Assembly: GCF_006345805.1 (NCBI RefSeq)
Contig: NC_043000.1
Span: 83,948,001 to 84,012,000 of the forward strand
Source: Octopus sinensis
Taxonomy: Eukaryota
Direction: 5' to 3'
DNA length: 64,000 nucleotides
Part shown: positions 1-13,559 of the stretch, in pieces
Layout: each line of letters begins with the position of its first letter
How positions within the stretch are numbered: position 1 is the first letter of the stretch
The notes under the pieces: generated by a model
Databases searched by the model: none
What the model was told of the DNA's origin: nothing
The model's input: only the letters and a program-made list of their open reading frames with translations
Made by a program: the position numbers and the translations under genes

Positions 1-548
1 TTACCGGTTATTCTTTACTTGAAAGCAGGCAATAGCAAATCACCAAAGGTTTCAAGTAGTGCCTTCTGTGACTCAAAAAGACAATACTCTCCTTAGAATG
101 CGAGCTATACCCAACAATGCTGTCTTCTTGGATCACCTCGAGCCTGACAGCAGCTCCAATATTCTTAATATGTTTTTCAAAGACCTAGGAAACTGCTCCT
201 AATGCCCCGATTACCACCGGTATCACCATTACTTTCCCCATGCCCCATAACCTTCCCATCTCGTCCCGCAGTAGCTGGTATTTCTCAATCTTTTCTGTTT
301 CCTTACATTCCACCTTCGAATCGCCTGGTATTGCAACACCTACTATCTTTACTGCTTTCTCATCTTTATGGATGAGCACAATGTCTGGTCGTCTCGCCTC
401 TATGACTTGGTCACACTGCATGTTAAAGTCCCCGAGTATTTTTTAATGTTCGTTTTCCATTATACCATCTGGCTTGTGTTCATACCATTGTTCGGCTCTC
501 TCAAGATTTTCTTTACCGTACAACAGCCAGTGGACATATCTGTCCCGA
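1..548 (-). mobile_element. 3' fragment of an RLE-type (R4/Dong-like) non-LTR retrotransposon, pseudogenised
   Basis: The minus strand reads YVHWLL..ERAEQWYEHKPDGIMENE*KIL.DFNMQCDQVIEARRPDIVLIHKDEKAVKIVGVAIPGD..KETEKIEKYQLL..IGALGAVS..TALLGIARILRRVLS. This is the R-PD..D..K restriction-like endonuclease C-terminus, with stops and frameshifts. Confidence 0.85.
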
Positions 549-625
549 GTTCAAATTCCGCCAAGGTTCACTTTGCTTTTTACCCCTTTCGGAGTTGATA
601 AAATAAGTACCAGTTGAGCATTAGG
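549..625 (+). mobile_element. SINE family B fragment
   Basis: gagttcaaattccgccaaggttcactttgc...ataaaataagtaccagttgagca matches the family B copies at 54640 and 60895. Confidence 0.65.
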
Positions 626-1043
626 GTTGTTTCAGTCCATGAACTTTGCGAATAATATTTAAGTACTACTATAGCACGTGACCCGCTTCCCTTTCCATCT
701 CAACCACACCAAAGTCTCTCTATTTTAGGGAAGATAGGAGATAAGCTGTGACATTCATACATTCTCCAACGGTATCAGCGAAGTGAAGCGATTCTGAATG
801 AACTGTGTCGAGTTTGTTTACGTTTCATCTGCATTTAGTTTGAACTCTCAGGATCCAAATTTATCTCTAAAAATAAGTTCTCGTCTTAAGGGACACCTTA
901 AACTAGTATTCCTCACAGTGAAGAATATGAGGGTTGAAAAGTGGGCGAATAAATTGCCTTGTTTAATAAACTTAAATGGTTTTAAGCACATTAGACTTTT
1001 CCGAATCCTTGAGCGAAGAAAGAATTATAGTCAGGGAAATGAA

Positions 1044-1365
1044 GGTATGTGGCTCAGTGATTGTTAGGGTATTCGGCTCACGATTGTAAGGTCGTGAGTT
1101 CGATTCCCGACGGTGTGTTGTCTCCTTGTGCAAGACACTTTCTTTCACATTGCTCCAGTCCACTCAGCCGGCAAAATGAGTAGTACCTGTAAGTCAAAGG
1201 GCCAATTTTGTCACACACTGTGTCGTGCTGAATTTCCCTGAAAACTATGTTAAGGGCACGTGCTTGTGTGTGAAGTGATGAACAACTTGCACGCTAGTTT
1301 CACGAGCAGGCTGTTCCGTTGATCGGATCAACTGGAACGCTCATCGTCGTAACAGACGGAGTGTC
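1044..1365 (+). mobile_element. tRNA-derived SINE family C
   Basis: A box tggctcagtga and B box gttcgattcc; body shared with the copy at 48147-48455. Confidence 0.8.
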
Positions 1366-1539
1366 TGCGTGTTTATTATATTTCGGTTAACGACTGTTTT
1401 AAATGACCTACTACCCTGTAGCACAGATATATGGCTATATTTCATCTATTCGACCGAGTATATTTTGAGTATTTAAGGCACAGAGAAAGTCCAGTTACAT
1501 AAAAAGAAAAGTTCTTAAAAAAAAAAAATAATAATAATA

Positions 1540-1542
1540 TAA

Positions 1543-1577
<35 letters not shown>

Positions 1578-1578
1578 A

Positions 1579-1610
<32 letters not shown>

Positions 1611-1629
1611 AATAATGATAATAATAATA

Positions 1630-1667
<38 letters not shown>
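1540..1667. repeat. (GAT)n/(AAT)n compound microsatellite
   Basis: Directly visible. Confidence 0.95.
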
Positions 1668-1668
<1 letters not shown>

Positions 1669-1765
1669 AAAACAAACTATCACCTTCCCTACAACAACAG
1701 CCTTTAAATGACAAAAAGTGAGGACCCGAACAAGATTGAAATGATCACAGTATTTTACTGGTATC

Positions 1766-2112
1766 ATATCAGCTAAGGTGAAAATGCATGGCTCGGGATT
1801 AGAGCGTTGACCTCACAATCATGAGGTAGTGAGTTCGATTCTCTTACTGGGATGTATGTTGTGTTCTTGAGCAAGGAACTTTATTTCACGTCGCTCCAGT
1901 TCACTCAACTGTAGAAATGAGTTGTGACGTCACTGGTGCCAAGCTGTATCGGCCTTTGTCTTTCCTTTGGATAACATCAGTGGTGTGGAGAGGGGAGACC
2001 AGTATACATGGGCGGCTGCTGGTTTTCTATAAATAACCTTGTCTGGACTTGTGCCTCGAAGGGTAACTTTCTTGGTGCAATATTATGGTCATTTATGACC
2101 GAATGGGGTCTA
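1766..2112 (+). mobile_element. tRNA-derived SINE family D (core shared with C, different tail)
   Basis: Head gcatggctcgggattagagcg...gagttcgattc, then the core gttgtgttcttgagcaagg..tttatttcacgtcgctccagttcactca shared with family C. Confidence 0.7.
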
Positions 2113-2445
2113 TGCTTGATCAAGTACAATTGGATGTGAAGCGATGCCAACACTAGTGCTATTTGATCACTGAGGGCAACAAGTCTATCGCTCTCTCGCT
2201 TTTGTTGCCCACCCTCATCAGAGGACACGAGTAACACCCGCTGAGAACGAAATCACTAGTCTTCTCTAATGAGAACACTAGTAACAGTGGTGATTATGAT
2301 AATGATGGTGATGATGAGGATGATGACGACGATGAAGATGGAGGGTGATGAGCATGAGGAGGAGGATTTCCAGAACGATGATTTTCAACAAAACAGAAAT
2401 ACTTGCTGCGACTTTTGTAACTTGAATCGTGTACTTCTGTAACAA

Positions 2446-2730
<285 letters not shown>

Positions 2731-3099
2731 AATAGTAGTAGTTATAGGGGTATGGGATTTAAGTTGTAAGAGTAAAGTCGTAACAACTGTTTCTTATCGT
2801 TGCAAACCATCGCCGTCGATCATGATCATCATGATCATGATCATGATCATTATCACCACGATAGCCATCATCACTCTAATCACCGTCATATAAAGTAATT
2901 TTTAGCGTATCATCTCTGACGTCTACCATCAACACTAACAATATGATCTCAACAGCACTTTCACCGCTTCCACCAAAGAAGAGAGCACGCGATCTGTTAG
3001 AAATAGCAACTGGAGCTCCTGACGGGACGATCATGACTGGAACGCCTTTGTAACATAGGGCTGTTTTTGGGATTAAACAGCAACAGCCACAGCACTGCA

Positions 3100-3255
3100 T
3101 GGTCGCTAGACTGGCTAAAACTAGCAGTCAAATCATTTGTTAATCAAATCATACAGTCTTAAAAATAGGAAGGACGCGTTTGGATTTGTGATCAGGATTG
3201 GAACGATTTTGATGATAAATGTGCTTGAGCAAGACTGACCTAGGGCTAAACAACA
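3100..3255 (-). mobile_element. Interspersed repeat family F (SINE-like), decayed
   Basis: Reverse-complement similarity to 6860-7045 (ttagccc.aggtc....tgatcgag ... ttaagac ... gatttg.ctgcta). Further pieces near 10880, 48660 and 60150. Confidence 0.5.
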
Positions 3256-3347
3256 TCAGCAAAAGTTGGCAAGTATTTTGTAAGTGAAAGAGGAAACAGT
3301 GTTTAGCAGGTGAGTCTGACATCCCAAACTGATGTATCTGCTCCCCC

Positions 3348-3408
<61 letters not shown>

Positions 3409-3716
3409 AGCAGTAAACACATCGCAGACAACAGTGGCTTCCTTAAGCACGCTCTCTCAACACTACCAATACTATATGACCAGTGTAGAAGCAGCTTCGT
3501 ATAATTCCATCGCAACATACTCTCAACGCCACCACCAACACTACTGAGAGAGACTCCAGGCTTCACCTTTTTGCATCCCCTTTTTGCTTCACCTTTTTGC
3601 TTCACCACATCCCCTACCACCGCTACCGTCCTTACCGTCACCTCTATCACCGTCGCCGCCGCCGCCACCACCACCGTCACCAAAACCACCACCACCACCA
3701 CCACCACAACCGCCAC

Positions 3717-3985
3717 CAAGGCAGATACCTGTATTCACCGTTTTGCTTCGCCACACCCGTCACCACTCCGCCCTCACAAAACTACCACCTCTCCATTACC
3801 ACCACCACCACCACCACCTTCACCATTACAACCCCCACCACCACCACTACCACCACCATACCACCACCACCACCATCACCAAGGCAGATACCTGGATTCA
3901 CCGTTTTGTTTCGCCACACCCGTCACCACTCTGCCCTCACAAAACTACCACTCCGCCTTCACAAAACTACCACCTCTCCTTTACC
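3717..3985 (+). repeat. 163-bp-period duplication embedded in an (ACC)n tract
   Basis: caaggcagatacctg(t/g)attcaccgttttg(c/t)ttcgccacacccgtcaccact occurs at 3717 and 3880. Confidence 0.85.
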
Positions 3986-4287
3986 ACCACCACTACCACC
4001 ACCATCATTGCCGCCGCCACCGCCGTCAGTACTATTACCTCAACTGTAGCAGTAGCATCCAGCCGTTATAGTAGCATCTCGAGAGAAAGACCATCGCAAC
4101 GCCTTCTCTAGTAAACACCATCATTTGCGACTACACCTGATTCACCTGACCTTCTCAACGCCCCATTGACAGATAGCTAGCTCTTACCTCATCACTAGTC
4201 GTTGTTGTAGTCGCCATCGTCGTACTCATGATCATCATGATCATCATGATCATGATCATCATTGTTATTATCCAATATCACCATCGT

Positions 4288-4429
4288 CACTAGCAGTTGT
4301 CGTCGTCATCATCATCATTATCATTAGCAGCAATTTCATCACTATTTTCACCACCACCACCACTACCAGCATCACCATCGACATCATCATCATCATCGTC
4401 GTCGTCGTCATCAACTTCACTAGCAGTTG

Positions 4430-4461
<32 letters not shown>

Positions 4462-4499
4462 TTCATCATGATCATGATCATCATCTTCACTAGCAGTTG

Positions 4500-4534
<35 letters not shown>

Positions 4535-4600
4535 TTCATCATGATCATGATCATCATCTTCACTAGCAGTTGTCATCATCATTATCATCATCATCATCAT
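4288..4600 (+). repeat. 70-73-bp minisatellite of (CAT)n plus a cactagcagttgt anchor
   Basis: The anchor occurs at 4288, 4418, 4488 and 4561. Confidence 0.85.
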
Positions 4601-4859
4601 CATCAGCATCTTCATGGTTATTTTCATCACCATCATCATCGTTGCTGTCGTCGTCGTCGTCGTGATGGTTGTCGTCCAGTGTCACTACGCCCACGATAAG
4701 GCAAGCACTATGATCATCACTTCTGTCACCTGTGCTACAACTCTTCACAGCTCCGCTTCCACCCCACCCCCGCGTCGACACCCTCGTTATACCCAGTTAT
4801 ACCCAGCTACTATTACAAGCAACTACATCAATAAAAGCAACTGTAACACTAACAACAGC

Positions 4860-6110
4860 AAGCAGCAGCACCAGCACCAACACCCGTAACATCTCCACCG
4901 CCACCACTATCACCATCAACATACCACCACCAACCACTACCACCGCAACCACCACCGCCGCCGCCACTATCACCACCATTACCACCGCCGCTGCAGCCAC
5001 CACCACCACCACCACTACCACCGCCGCCGCCACCATCACCGCCAACATAACACCACCACCAACATATCACCACCACCAACATACCACCAGGAACCACCAA
5101 CATACCACCAGCACCACCAATATACCACCACCACTACCACCTCCACCGCTACCACCACCGCCGCCGCCATTACCACCATTTCCACTCTCAAACCCGCCCA
5201 ACAACTTGAGACTACTGTAGAAGTTTTTCGTTTGCACCGGGAGTCGTGGAAAAGATGTTCGTCTTATCGATTAGGAATTCCCCACTTCTACATTGTATAA
5301 ATAAAGAAAGTGTCAAAAAATATATATTTCATCTCGAACCTTCTCCCACCGTTAACTGATAAGAGCAATGTAAAGATGGTAGTTCTAACGGTGACAGCCA
5401 TGCTGTAGTGCCGACCGTGTGGTGGCATGGTGGTGATTATAACGGATGTGAATATAGTTGCGATGGCATGTTAGTATTTGCGGTTACCTTAACTACGGTG
5501 GTGATGGTAGCGGTGGAGTAGTAACGGTATGGGTGGTAGTGAAGGGGATGAGGATGATGCTGGTGGTAGTATTAGTGGTGGTGATGGTGGTAAGGATGGT
5601 GATGGTAGTGGTCATAGTGGTGGTGATGATGGTAGTGGTAGTAGTGGTGGTGGTGGTAGTGGTAGTATGGTGGTGACGATGATGCTGGTGGTAGTGATGG
5701 TGGTAAGGATGGCAGTAGTGGTGGTGCTGGTGGTAGTGGTAATGATGGTAGTGATGATTGTGGTGATGGTAGCGATGGGAGTAATGACGGAGAGGTAGAA
5801 GTGTTAGTGGTGGTGTTAGCTGTGGAATGATGTTGGTGGTAGTGGTGTTAGTAGTGGTAGTAGTTGTGACGGTGGTTGTGGTAGTGATGATGATGATGAT
5901 GATGGTGATGGTGGTGATGGTAGTGGTGATAAGGATGATGGTGGCATTAGTGGTAATGATGATGATGATGATGGTGGTGGTGGTAGTGTTGGTGGTGATG
6001 ATAGTGGTAGTGGTTGTGGTGATGATGATGATCATGGTTATGATAATGATAGTTGTGGCAGTGATGATGATGATCATCATCATGGTGGTAGTTGTGATAG
6101 TAATGGTGAC
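4860..6110. repeat. Degenerate trinucleotide domain: ACC-rich 4860-5200, GGT/GAT-rich 5500-6110
   Basis: Directly visible; strand composition switches near 5.3 kb. Confidence 0.9.
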
Positions 6111-6369
6111 AATGTCTGTAAAGATGTGGTTTGTAGCTTTGAGCAGTTTTGTTGCCGTAAATAGCCGATTGATTTACAAGCTTGCAATCTTGTGCCTAAG
6201 TTCCATCATGGGCCACTAGAGAAGCGACAGGTTAATATCATGCCCAATTCAAAGATAATAAACCATCCCCTCAATCATTCTTCCAGAACGGATTGTTTGA
6301 CAGAGACAAAAGAAATCAATTACATAATTAGTTGGAAGTAATTAAGTAATTGGGTTTAAAATAGAAATT

Positions 6370-6545
6370 GAATTCTTTTTTTGAGAACAGTGAAACTTGG
6401 AGCAGAAAAAGCTATAATTAATAGTCTGTAAATATTGAGTTTAAAAACTTTTGGATAGAGAAAGTCGAATGCTGCATTCGACTTTTTCTATTATTTGGAG
6501 CTTAATCTGCTTCGAGTTTCACCGTACCTCTACCAAAGAATTATT
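6370..6545. repeat. Decayed palindromic MITE-like element with an 18-bp-arm central hairpin
   Basis: atagagaaagtcgaatgc-t-gcattcgactttttctat at 6455-6491 (1 mismatch). Outer arms 6371-6415 and 6500-6544 are imperfectly complementary. Confidence 0.6.
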
Positions 6546-6859
6546 TCACATTCTGTCGAAGTTTTTAAATTCTTATAACTTCAGTAATTCGATTATCCTA
6601 ATATATTCCTGGTTCCATGTGGATATATAGAAACTTTTCCATTACCAATTTATTCTTACATCACATAGATATTGTCTATGCTTCACAGACGACTGGGTTG
6701 CTAGAATGTGTGTGTGTGTGTGTGTGTGTAGTGAGGTTAGGAGCTTGGCTAAACGATTGTGAGTTCCTGTTCCATCTTTGGAAAATACACTCATCAATGC
6801 TTCACTCTACCTGTATCCACACAGGTTGTTGTGGTTGTTGTTGTTGTTGGTGGTAGTGG

Positions 6860-7045
6860 TCTTATTTAGCCCAGGTCTACTCTGATCGAGAAGATTAAGG
6901 ATTAAAGGCGTTTCAGCTATGACTACCCAAACATTTTTGTATATCGAGGATTACATTGATTAATGTACTCTACTATATTTAAGACAGGAATGTGTGATTT
7001 GAAGGGATTTTGTATCTATTTTTAACAGTGAAACGACCTGATCTG
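6860..7045 (+). mobile_element. Interspersed repeat family F, decayed
   Basis: Similar to 3100-3255 in the opposite orientation. Confidence 0.5.
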
Positions 7046-7081
7046 TAAGAAGTATTATAGGATCTGTGAGAAGTACTTATA

Positions 7082-7250
7082 GGCGTAGGAGTGGCTGTGT
7101 GGTAAGTAGCTTGCTTACGAACCACATTATTCCAGGTTCAGTCCAACTGCGTAGCACCTTGGGCAAGTGTGTTCTACTATAGCCTCGGTCGACCAAAGCC
7201 TTGTGAGTAGATTTGGTAGACAGAAACTGAAAGAAGCCCGACTTATATAT

Positions 7251-7286
<36 letters not shown>

Positions 7287-7410
7287 AAGTGTTTGTGTTT
7301 CTGACCCCCACGCCAACATCGCTTGACAACAGATGCTGGTGTGTTTACGTCCCCGTAACTTAGCGGTTCGGCAAAAGAGACCGATAGAATAAGTATTAGG
7401 CTTACAAAGA
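7082..7410 (+). mobile_element. tRNA-derived SINE family A (central microsatellite), 3' truncated
   Basis: ggcgtaggagtggctgtgtggtaag...ggttcagtcc..gaaagaagccc-(TA/TG)n-...cttagcggttcggcaaaagagaccgatag. Confidence 0.85.
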
Positions 7411-7619
7411 ACTCATAAAAAAAAAATTGGGAAGTTATGTTTCTTATCTCGTTTTGATTTTCAATTGCAGATATTTCTATTTCGTTATGTTGTTGCTAAT
7501 GTCCAGGATAAGAGTATCGGCAGTTGCAGCAACCATTTTTATATCATTACAAATCAAGTTTTATTCTTATCTGCATTATTAGCCTGGCTGTGACACTAAA
7601 CGATTAGAACAGTCTATAT

Positions 7620-7835
7620 CGGTTTCAAATTTTGGCATAAGGCCAGCAATTTTGGGAGAGAGAGTAAGTCGATTACATCGAACCCAGTGCTCACCTGGTA
7701 ATTATTTTATCAACCCAAAAGGGGATGAAAGGCAAAGTCGACCTCGGTGGAATTTGAAAACAGAACGTAAAGATAGGTGAAACGCCGCTTAGCATTTTGC
7801 CCAGCGTGCTAAGGATTCTGGCAGATGGCCGCCTT
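7620..7835 (-). mobile_element. SINE family B
   Basis: Reverse complement of ggcggc..gccagaatc.ttagcacgc...aaattccaccgaggtcgactttgcctttcatcc...aaaatttgaaacc. Confidence 0.8.
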
Positions 7836-7959
7836 TAGAACGATCTACATTGAAGATCTATAATTGAAAAAAGCCAACATAAATTGGTTAGTTGGTTGGT
7901 TGATTTCTCCAGTCACACTTTACATTGTGTAGAGAGAAAGGGAAAAAATGGAAAGAAAA

Positions 7960-7984
7960 AAGGGAGAAAGAGAAAGAAAGAGAA

Positions 7985-8076
<92 letters not shown>

Positions 8077-8088
8077 AAGAGAGAGAGC
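7960..8088. repeat. (GA)n microsatellite
   Basis: Directly visible. Confidence 0.95.
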
Positions 8089-8687
8089 ATAAAAGGTATA
8101 GAATGGATGTCTTATAACTTGCTTGAAAATTTTCTTACATACATAGGTTTTTGATGGCATAGATTACGATTATTTTGATAAAATGTAGAAAACATATTCT
8201 GTTGTGTAGAAAAAATAATAACATTTATTGCAAATATACAAATGAGAAATTTATTTTATTTAATTTGATTTAAAAATGATAAATATCTTTCTTTTGAAAA
8301 ATTAGTTATCATTTTGTACAAGCACCAAGAAATTCGATAAGGCTTGAATTATAATTATTGTATGCATACCATATTTCCTGACATTACTCACAATGGCAAA
8401 AGTATACGTCCAAAGTTATCCTTCATATAACGGGTAAAACTTTAGTATCAGCGTAAGAAACAACTTACAGAAATATTTTAATTGTTATAAATTGAATTAT
8501 TATTACACTTTATTCCATTTCCTAGCGGCAATAAATTCGGTTTTCAACTTTAATAATATTTTCGCCGAGCATTCTCTAATCACTTCTTGTTGCAAGAAAC
8601 ATCTGCAACCCGGTTTCAATTTACGGTTGTATTTAGTTTATGTAACTGACAGGAACTAGTTTTTTGGAGAAAAGTATGAACATTATA

Positions 8688-9018
8688 GGCGCAGGAGTGG
8701 CTGTGTGGTAAGTAGCACCCTGGACAAGTGTCTTCTACTATAGCCTCGGGCCGAATAAAGCCTTGTGAGTGGATTTGGTAGACGGAAACTGAAAGAAGTC
8801 CGTCTCATATATGTATATGTATGTGTGTGTGTGTTTGTGTCTCTGTTTGTCCCCCCAACATCGCTTGACAATCGATGCTGGCGTGTTTACGTCCCCGTAA
8901 CTTAGCGGTTCGGCAAAAGGAACTGATAAAATAAGTACTAGGCTTACAAAGGCGGTGCTCCAGCATGGCCGCAGTCAACTGATTGAAACAAGTAAAAGAG
9001 TTAAAAGAGTAAAAGAGT
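8688..9018 (+). mobile_element. SINE family A with internal deletions and a (GTAAAAGA)n tail
   Basis: Same head and body as 7082; ends gtaaaagagttaaaagagtaaaagag. Confidence 0.85.
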
Positions 9019-11637
9019 AATTACATTTCACCTTTTACTGCGTTTTTGCCAAGACATTTTCATCAAGAGAAATAAAGAAAACTATATAATTTTTATATGA
9101 CGTTGCTGGTGAGAAATAAACTGTTTATTGAACAAAAACAGAAGTTTATTACAAACGAGAGAAGTGAGAATTAGGGACGTTCATACGCCATAAAATCTTT
9201 ATAGAGAGTCAAGTAAAATGGATACAACCAAAAACTGAATTAGGTTTTGGACTTTGCTTGTTCAGAACTTCTGACTTCATGTTGAACATTACAACGTAAA
9301 AATAAGTAGTTGAAACTGAAAATAGAATTTGTTGACGTTCAGGAACGGAATTAGGTAATATAAAATGATGTACAATAGGAATGTTTCTGAAAGTAAATTT
9401 CTGGCATAGTAACTTTGGTAAGGTCATCTAGCAGGTCATTTAGAAATCTAAATATAGGCATTTTATTGATTTGGGAAAGATTGATGCGAAGAGATGTTCG
9501 CGTATATAAATTCTTTCATAAGCTGATTATTTCATTTATTTCTCGTTCAAGACCTCCCTGGGAAGTGTTCTTTAATGAAGTTCATTCAATATAAATTTAT
9601 GTGAATTAAAAAGTGAACCACCTACATGTAACATCTCAAATTAAGAGCTAAATATACAAATAAAAGGAACCGATTCCGACTTATAATAAATCTTATAAAC
9701 CAAATGAACGACTCGGTTTCAATTTACCAGTTCACACCATTAGAATTGCAATACTACTGAACTTGAGAAATGCAAAACACTTACAATTTCTCATTTTATT
9801 TCTTATAAATGTGTAGGCTACATAGAATCGGTTATCGGGCGGAGGTAACTAGTTTAGAGAATGTTGAGAGTTTGGTCCGGCGGCGGCTTAACGACAGTTT
9901 AATATTGGAACATTGCTGACGTACCAAAAACCGCCTTAAAACTTATTGTGAAAAATATTCTGTATCTAAGATGGATTAATCAATTTATTCTTTCTATCCA
10001 TTCTTTGTAATTTGTATTGGAAATCGAAGTGAAAAGTAAGCATATTTACCAAGTTATTAAACATATTCACAGTCACAATCTCTTGGAGATGACCTCCCAA
10101 TGAGTTTTCTTTTCACAAATCAATCTTTGGAAACAACTATTTTGGTTCGATTATTTTCGGTATTTGAACGATCAAGACCATGGTATTACAATCTTCCACC
10201 TTATTTCCTTTCTCCGATTCTTTTTCATGTTTTAGTTGAAGATTCTTATTAAATATATTATATCTTTCTCGGAAATTATTTTCAGAAAGCAACAGTTTGT
10301 TATTCTCAGAATGTTTTGACATGAATTTCCCAAATGTAGACTCTAAAGTCGTAAATAACGTTTGCTGCTAGATTAGGAAAAAAATGTTTGTTACCACAAG
10401 TACAGGGCCAAAAAATCTTGCTGAAAGCTGCAATCGAGTCTACTGGCAACAGTACTTATTTCATCACTTCCAGACTGAGTTGCATGAGCGAACTAACCTT
10501 GATGGAATTTGGAGTAAAAGTAAATTGTCCGTTGTTCAGTCTTTCTACCATTTACTGCCCCGTCGAAACAGAATAAGAGTTGATAAGAAATCAACTTACC
10601 ACATCATACACTCAATTATTTGATTGTAATCTAAATTCCATTTCCTTAATGATAAATCATTACCAGTCTCCGATAAGTCTAACATCGGTTCTCTTGTGTG
10701 TTGTCTAAAAGAAATGATTTATCAAATGTTTCATTGTAATAATAATGGTCATCTTCATTATTACAGGAGTTGCATCAGATAGAGTTAATCTGTACCCAAT
10801 TATTGTCATTGCATTTCGTCCATCGCCAAGACACATGGCTCCAACAGCTGCTCTGTTCACCTAGCAGTAAATAGAGGTGATAGGTTGCTACCGTTGTTGT
10901 TGTCTAGCTCCAGGCAAACCTCTGATACAGTAAGCTTGTAATCAAAGACTTCCAATGACAACAACCGTTCCGTGGTTTTGTAAATTTAACTGATGTAAGT
11001 TCACAAAGAACTTTATCAATAGCGAAGATGAAAGTGTCATTATCATGTAATGTAGTTTACTCCAAGGTGTTCGTCGGTAATTGGTAGAACAGTCAATGAA
11101 TTAAGTGACTTCTCTGTGCAAGTTAGAATTTAAAAGCTTTAATTTAATGAACGTTACTATTACTCCTACTGAATTAACTTTAATAGTGATTAGCGGAACT
11201 TGAGTTTTGTAATTAAAGTTACTTAGCATTAATTATTACCTGGTATTAATTCAGTTGTTAACTCTAAAGCATCTTTGGAATTAAATAATTCCAAAACATT
11301 GTTGTTTGCAGATTGCAATTTGAGTGCTGCATAATTACACTTCCGACAACTTTGCCTATAAACATCCTATAAACACAGAGAAAGGAAATTTCATATGAAG
11401 CCACAACACAAGCTTTGACTAATGCATGATTGAGTCAAAAGTTCAATAGTACAACAGCCTACTTGTCTACTTAATACATTCTTTCAAGTATGTTTCTATA
11501 TTTTCTAAATAAATACTTTCAAATTGAATTTCACTTGGAGATAATACAAACGATATCGTGCGCAGCCGGCAGAGCTTGAAGGAAAATCAGTGAAGAGGTT
11601 AGTTCGTATCTTACAATAGTACTGAACTGTGTTAGTA

Positions 11638-11838
11638 GTTTCAAATTTTGGCACAAGGCTAGCGATTTGGGGGTGGGGGCAGAGTAAGCCAATTATATCG
11701 ACCCCAGTGCTCAACTGTTACTTATTTTATCGACCCCAAAAGGATGAAAAGCAAAGTCGACATCGGCGGCGGAATTTGGCCTCAGACGGACGAAATGCCG
11801 CTAAGCATTTTCCAGACGTGCTAACGATTCTGCCAGTT
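11638..11838 (-). mobile_element. SINE family B
   Basis: Matches the copy at 7620-7835. Confidence 0.8.
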
Positions 11839-12469
11839 TTTATGACAGAATATTTTTATCAAATATTCTCGCTAATTCGTTTCACAAAATAAAATAATTC
11901 GCAGTAGCATAGAAAAAGGATTTTACACAGTTATGTACCATAACCGATCACTTTGGCAATATCATTACTGACTTGAACAAGTTTCAGCCCTATAGTAACG
12001 ATTTTTTTGGCCTGTATTTCCAATATTTTCTTCGCAATATCGACTATTCGCGTTGTACATAAAAAACCTCTGACAGTTTACGACACTTTTACTACTCACC
12101 GCTGATAAAACCTTCATGATGCACAGAAGAGTATTTAATTGGGAGAAAGAAAGTTTTCAGACTGTGTATAGGATGTAAATATTTCATTTTTTGCAGAACC
12201 AGACTATATTATTTTACTCTCTCTCCAGTGAATTATTATATATATATATTATCCATCTAAACTTGATATTTTTAACGTTTCGTACATTTGTTTTGCAATA
12301 AGAATAATTCTCTGCCTCATTATCAAATATCTGCTCACTAATGTACATTGCTTTGTCTTTCTTTCTTTTTTCTTATTCTTTCCCTTTCTTTCCTTCCTTC
12401 TTTCTTTCTTTCTTTCTTTCTTTCTTTCATACATGTTGTATGTATGTATGTATGTATGTATGTATGTTC

Positions 12470-12637
12470 GTGGAACTGTAAACTATACGGTCACCAAGTT
12501 TTCTTGCACTAAAAAGCATACAAGTCTTTGGCAGGCCTCAAAAGCCATACTCGGGCAGATCATCGATGATATTCTAGGGCATAAAGAAATCAGGCAATGG
12601 CTCTACTCGAAATCGAGATGGCAACCATCATCATCAC
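12470..12637 (+). mobile_element. Possible 3' end of an RTE/CR1-type LINE with a terminal C2H2-like motif and (CAT)n tail
   Basis: One frame reads FLH*KAYKSLAGLKSHTRADH, resembling CxxC-x-KSxAGLKSHxRxH. It is followed by ggcaaccatcatcatca. Confidence 0.45.
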
Positions 12638-12649
12638 GTGTGTATGTAT

Positions 12650-12870
<221 letters not shown>

Positions 12871-12880
12871 TCATAAATAG

Positions 12881-13527
12881 AGTAAATTTTGATCCTTTCA
12901 TCCGCACGATCTTCATGAAGAAAAAAAAACTCGGATTTTTTGCGTGGAATCAAGTACCCTGACATCTTAATATGCTGCAAACCCCTTATTTTTGTTCTGA
13001 AGAAAGGAGGGGTTGGAAACGGGATCCCCCCCATATCCCAAAATCATTGGAATTTTTTTTTTCGTTGAATGAATTCCGGTGACCTCCTGATATGCTACAA
13101 AACCCTTTTCTGGGTCTGGAAAACGGGGTGGAGTAGGACAGAATCCTCGGAAATTTCACCCCGTTTTCAAATATTTTTTGCCATTTCTTTCTTTACCCAT
13201 AATTTTAGATAACATTTTGCAGTAATACGTTTTCAAGAGAGTATGGCTTACATTAGACTGAAAATTCAAAGAATTGAAATGGATAAGAGAACATGCAGAG
13301 GGTGATAAATTCATCTAAAAAATTAGAGTTTTTGCAGGTATGTGTGAAACGAAGTAAAAGTATAATATTAAAACAAAATAACTTTTCCCTCCCTCTTAAA
13401 ATCACTGGATATAATATGTATAATAATCCCAGACTGCAGAATTAATTTTCCCTTTGCAATTTTTCATTTGCAATTTTTGGCGCCGAAATGGGTTTCATTT
13501 TTGTGTGGAGAGTGAGTGAGTGAGTGA

Positions 13528-13559
<32 letters not shown>

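Noticed and set aside
3571-4111. Pro/Thr-rich mucin- or extensin-like ORFs
   Set aside because: All three frames are open and the internal repeat period (163 bp) is not a multiple of three.
13475-13488. Palindromic E2F-like or PBS-like motif ttttggcgccgaaa
   Set aside because: It is a single short match inside a transposon core, with no LTR or promoter context.
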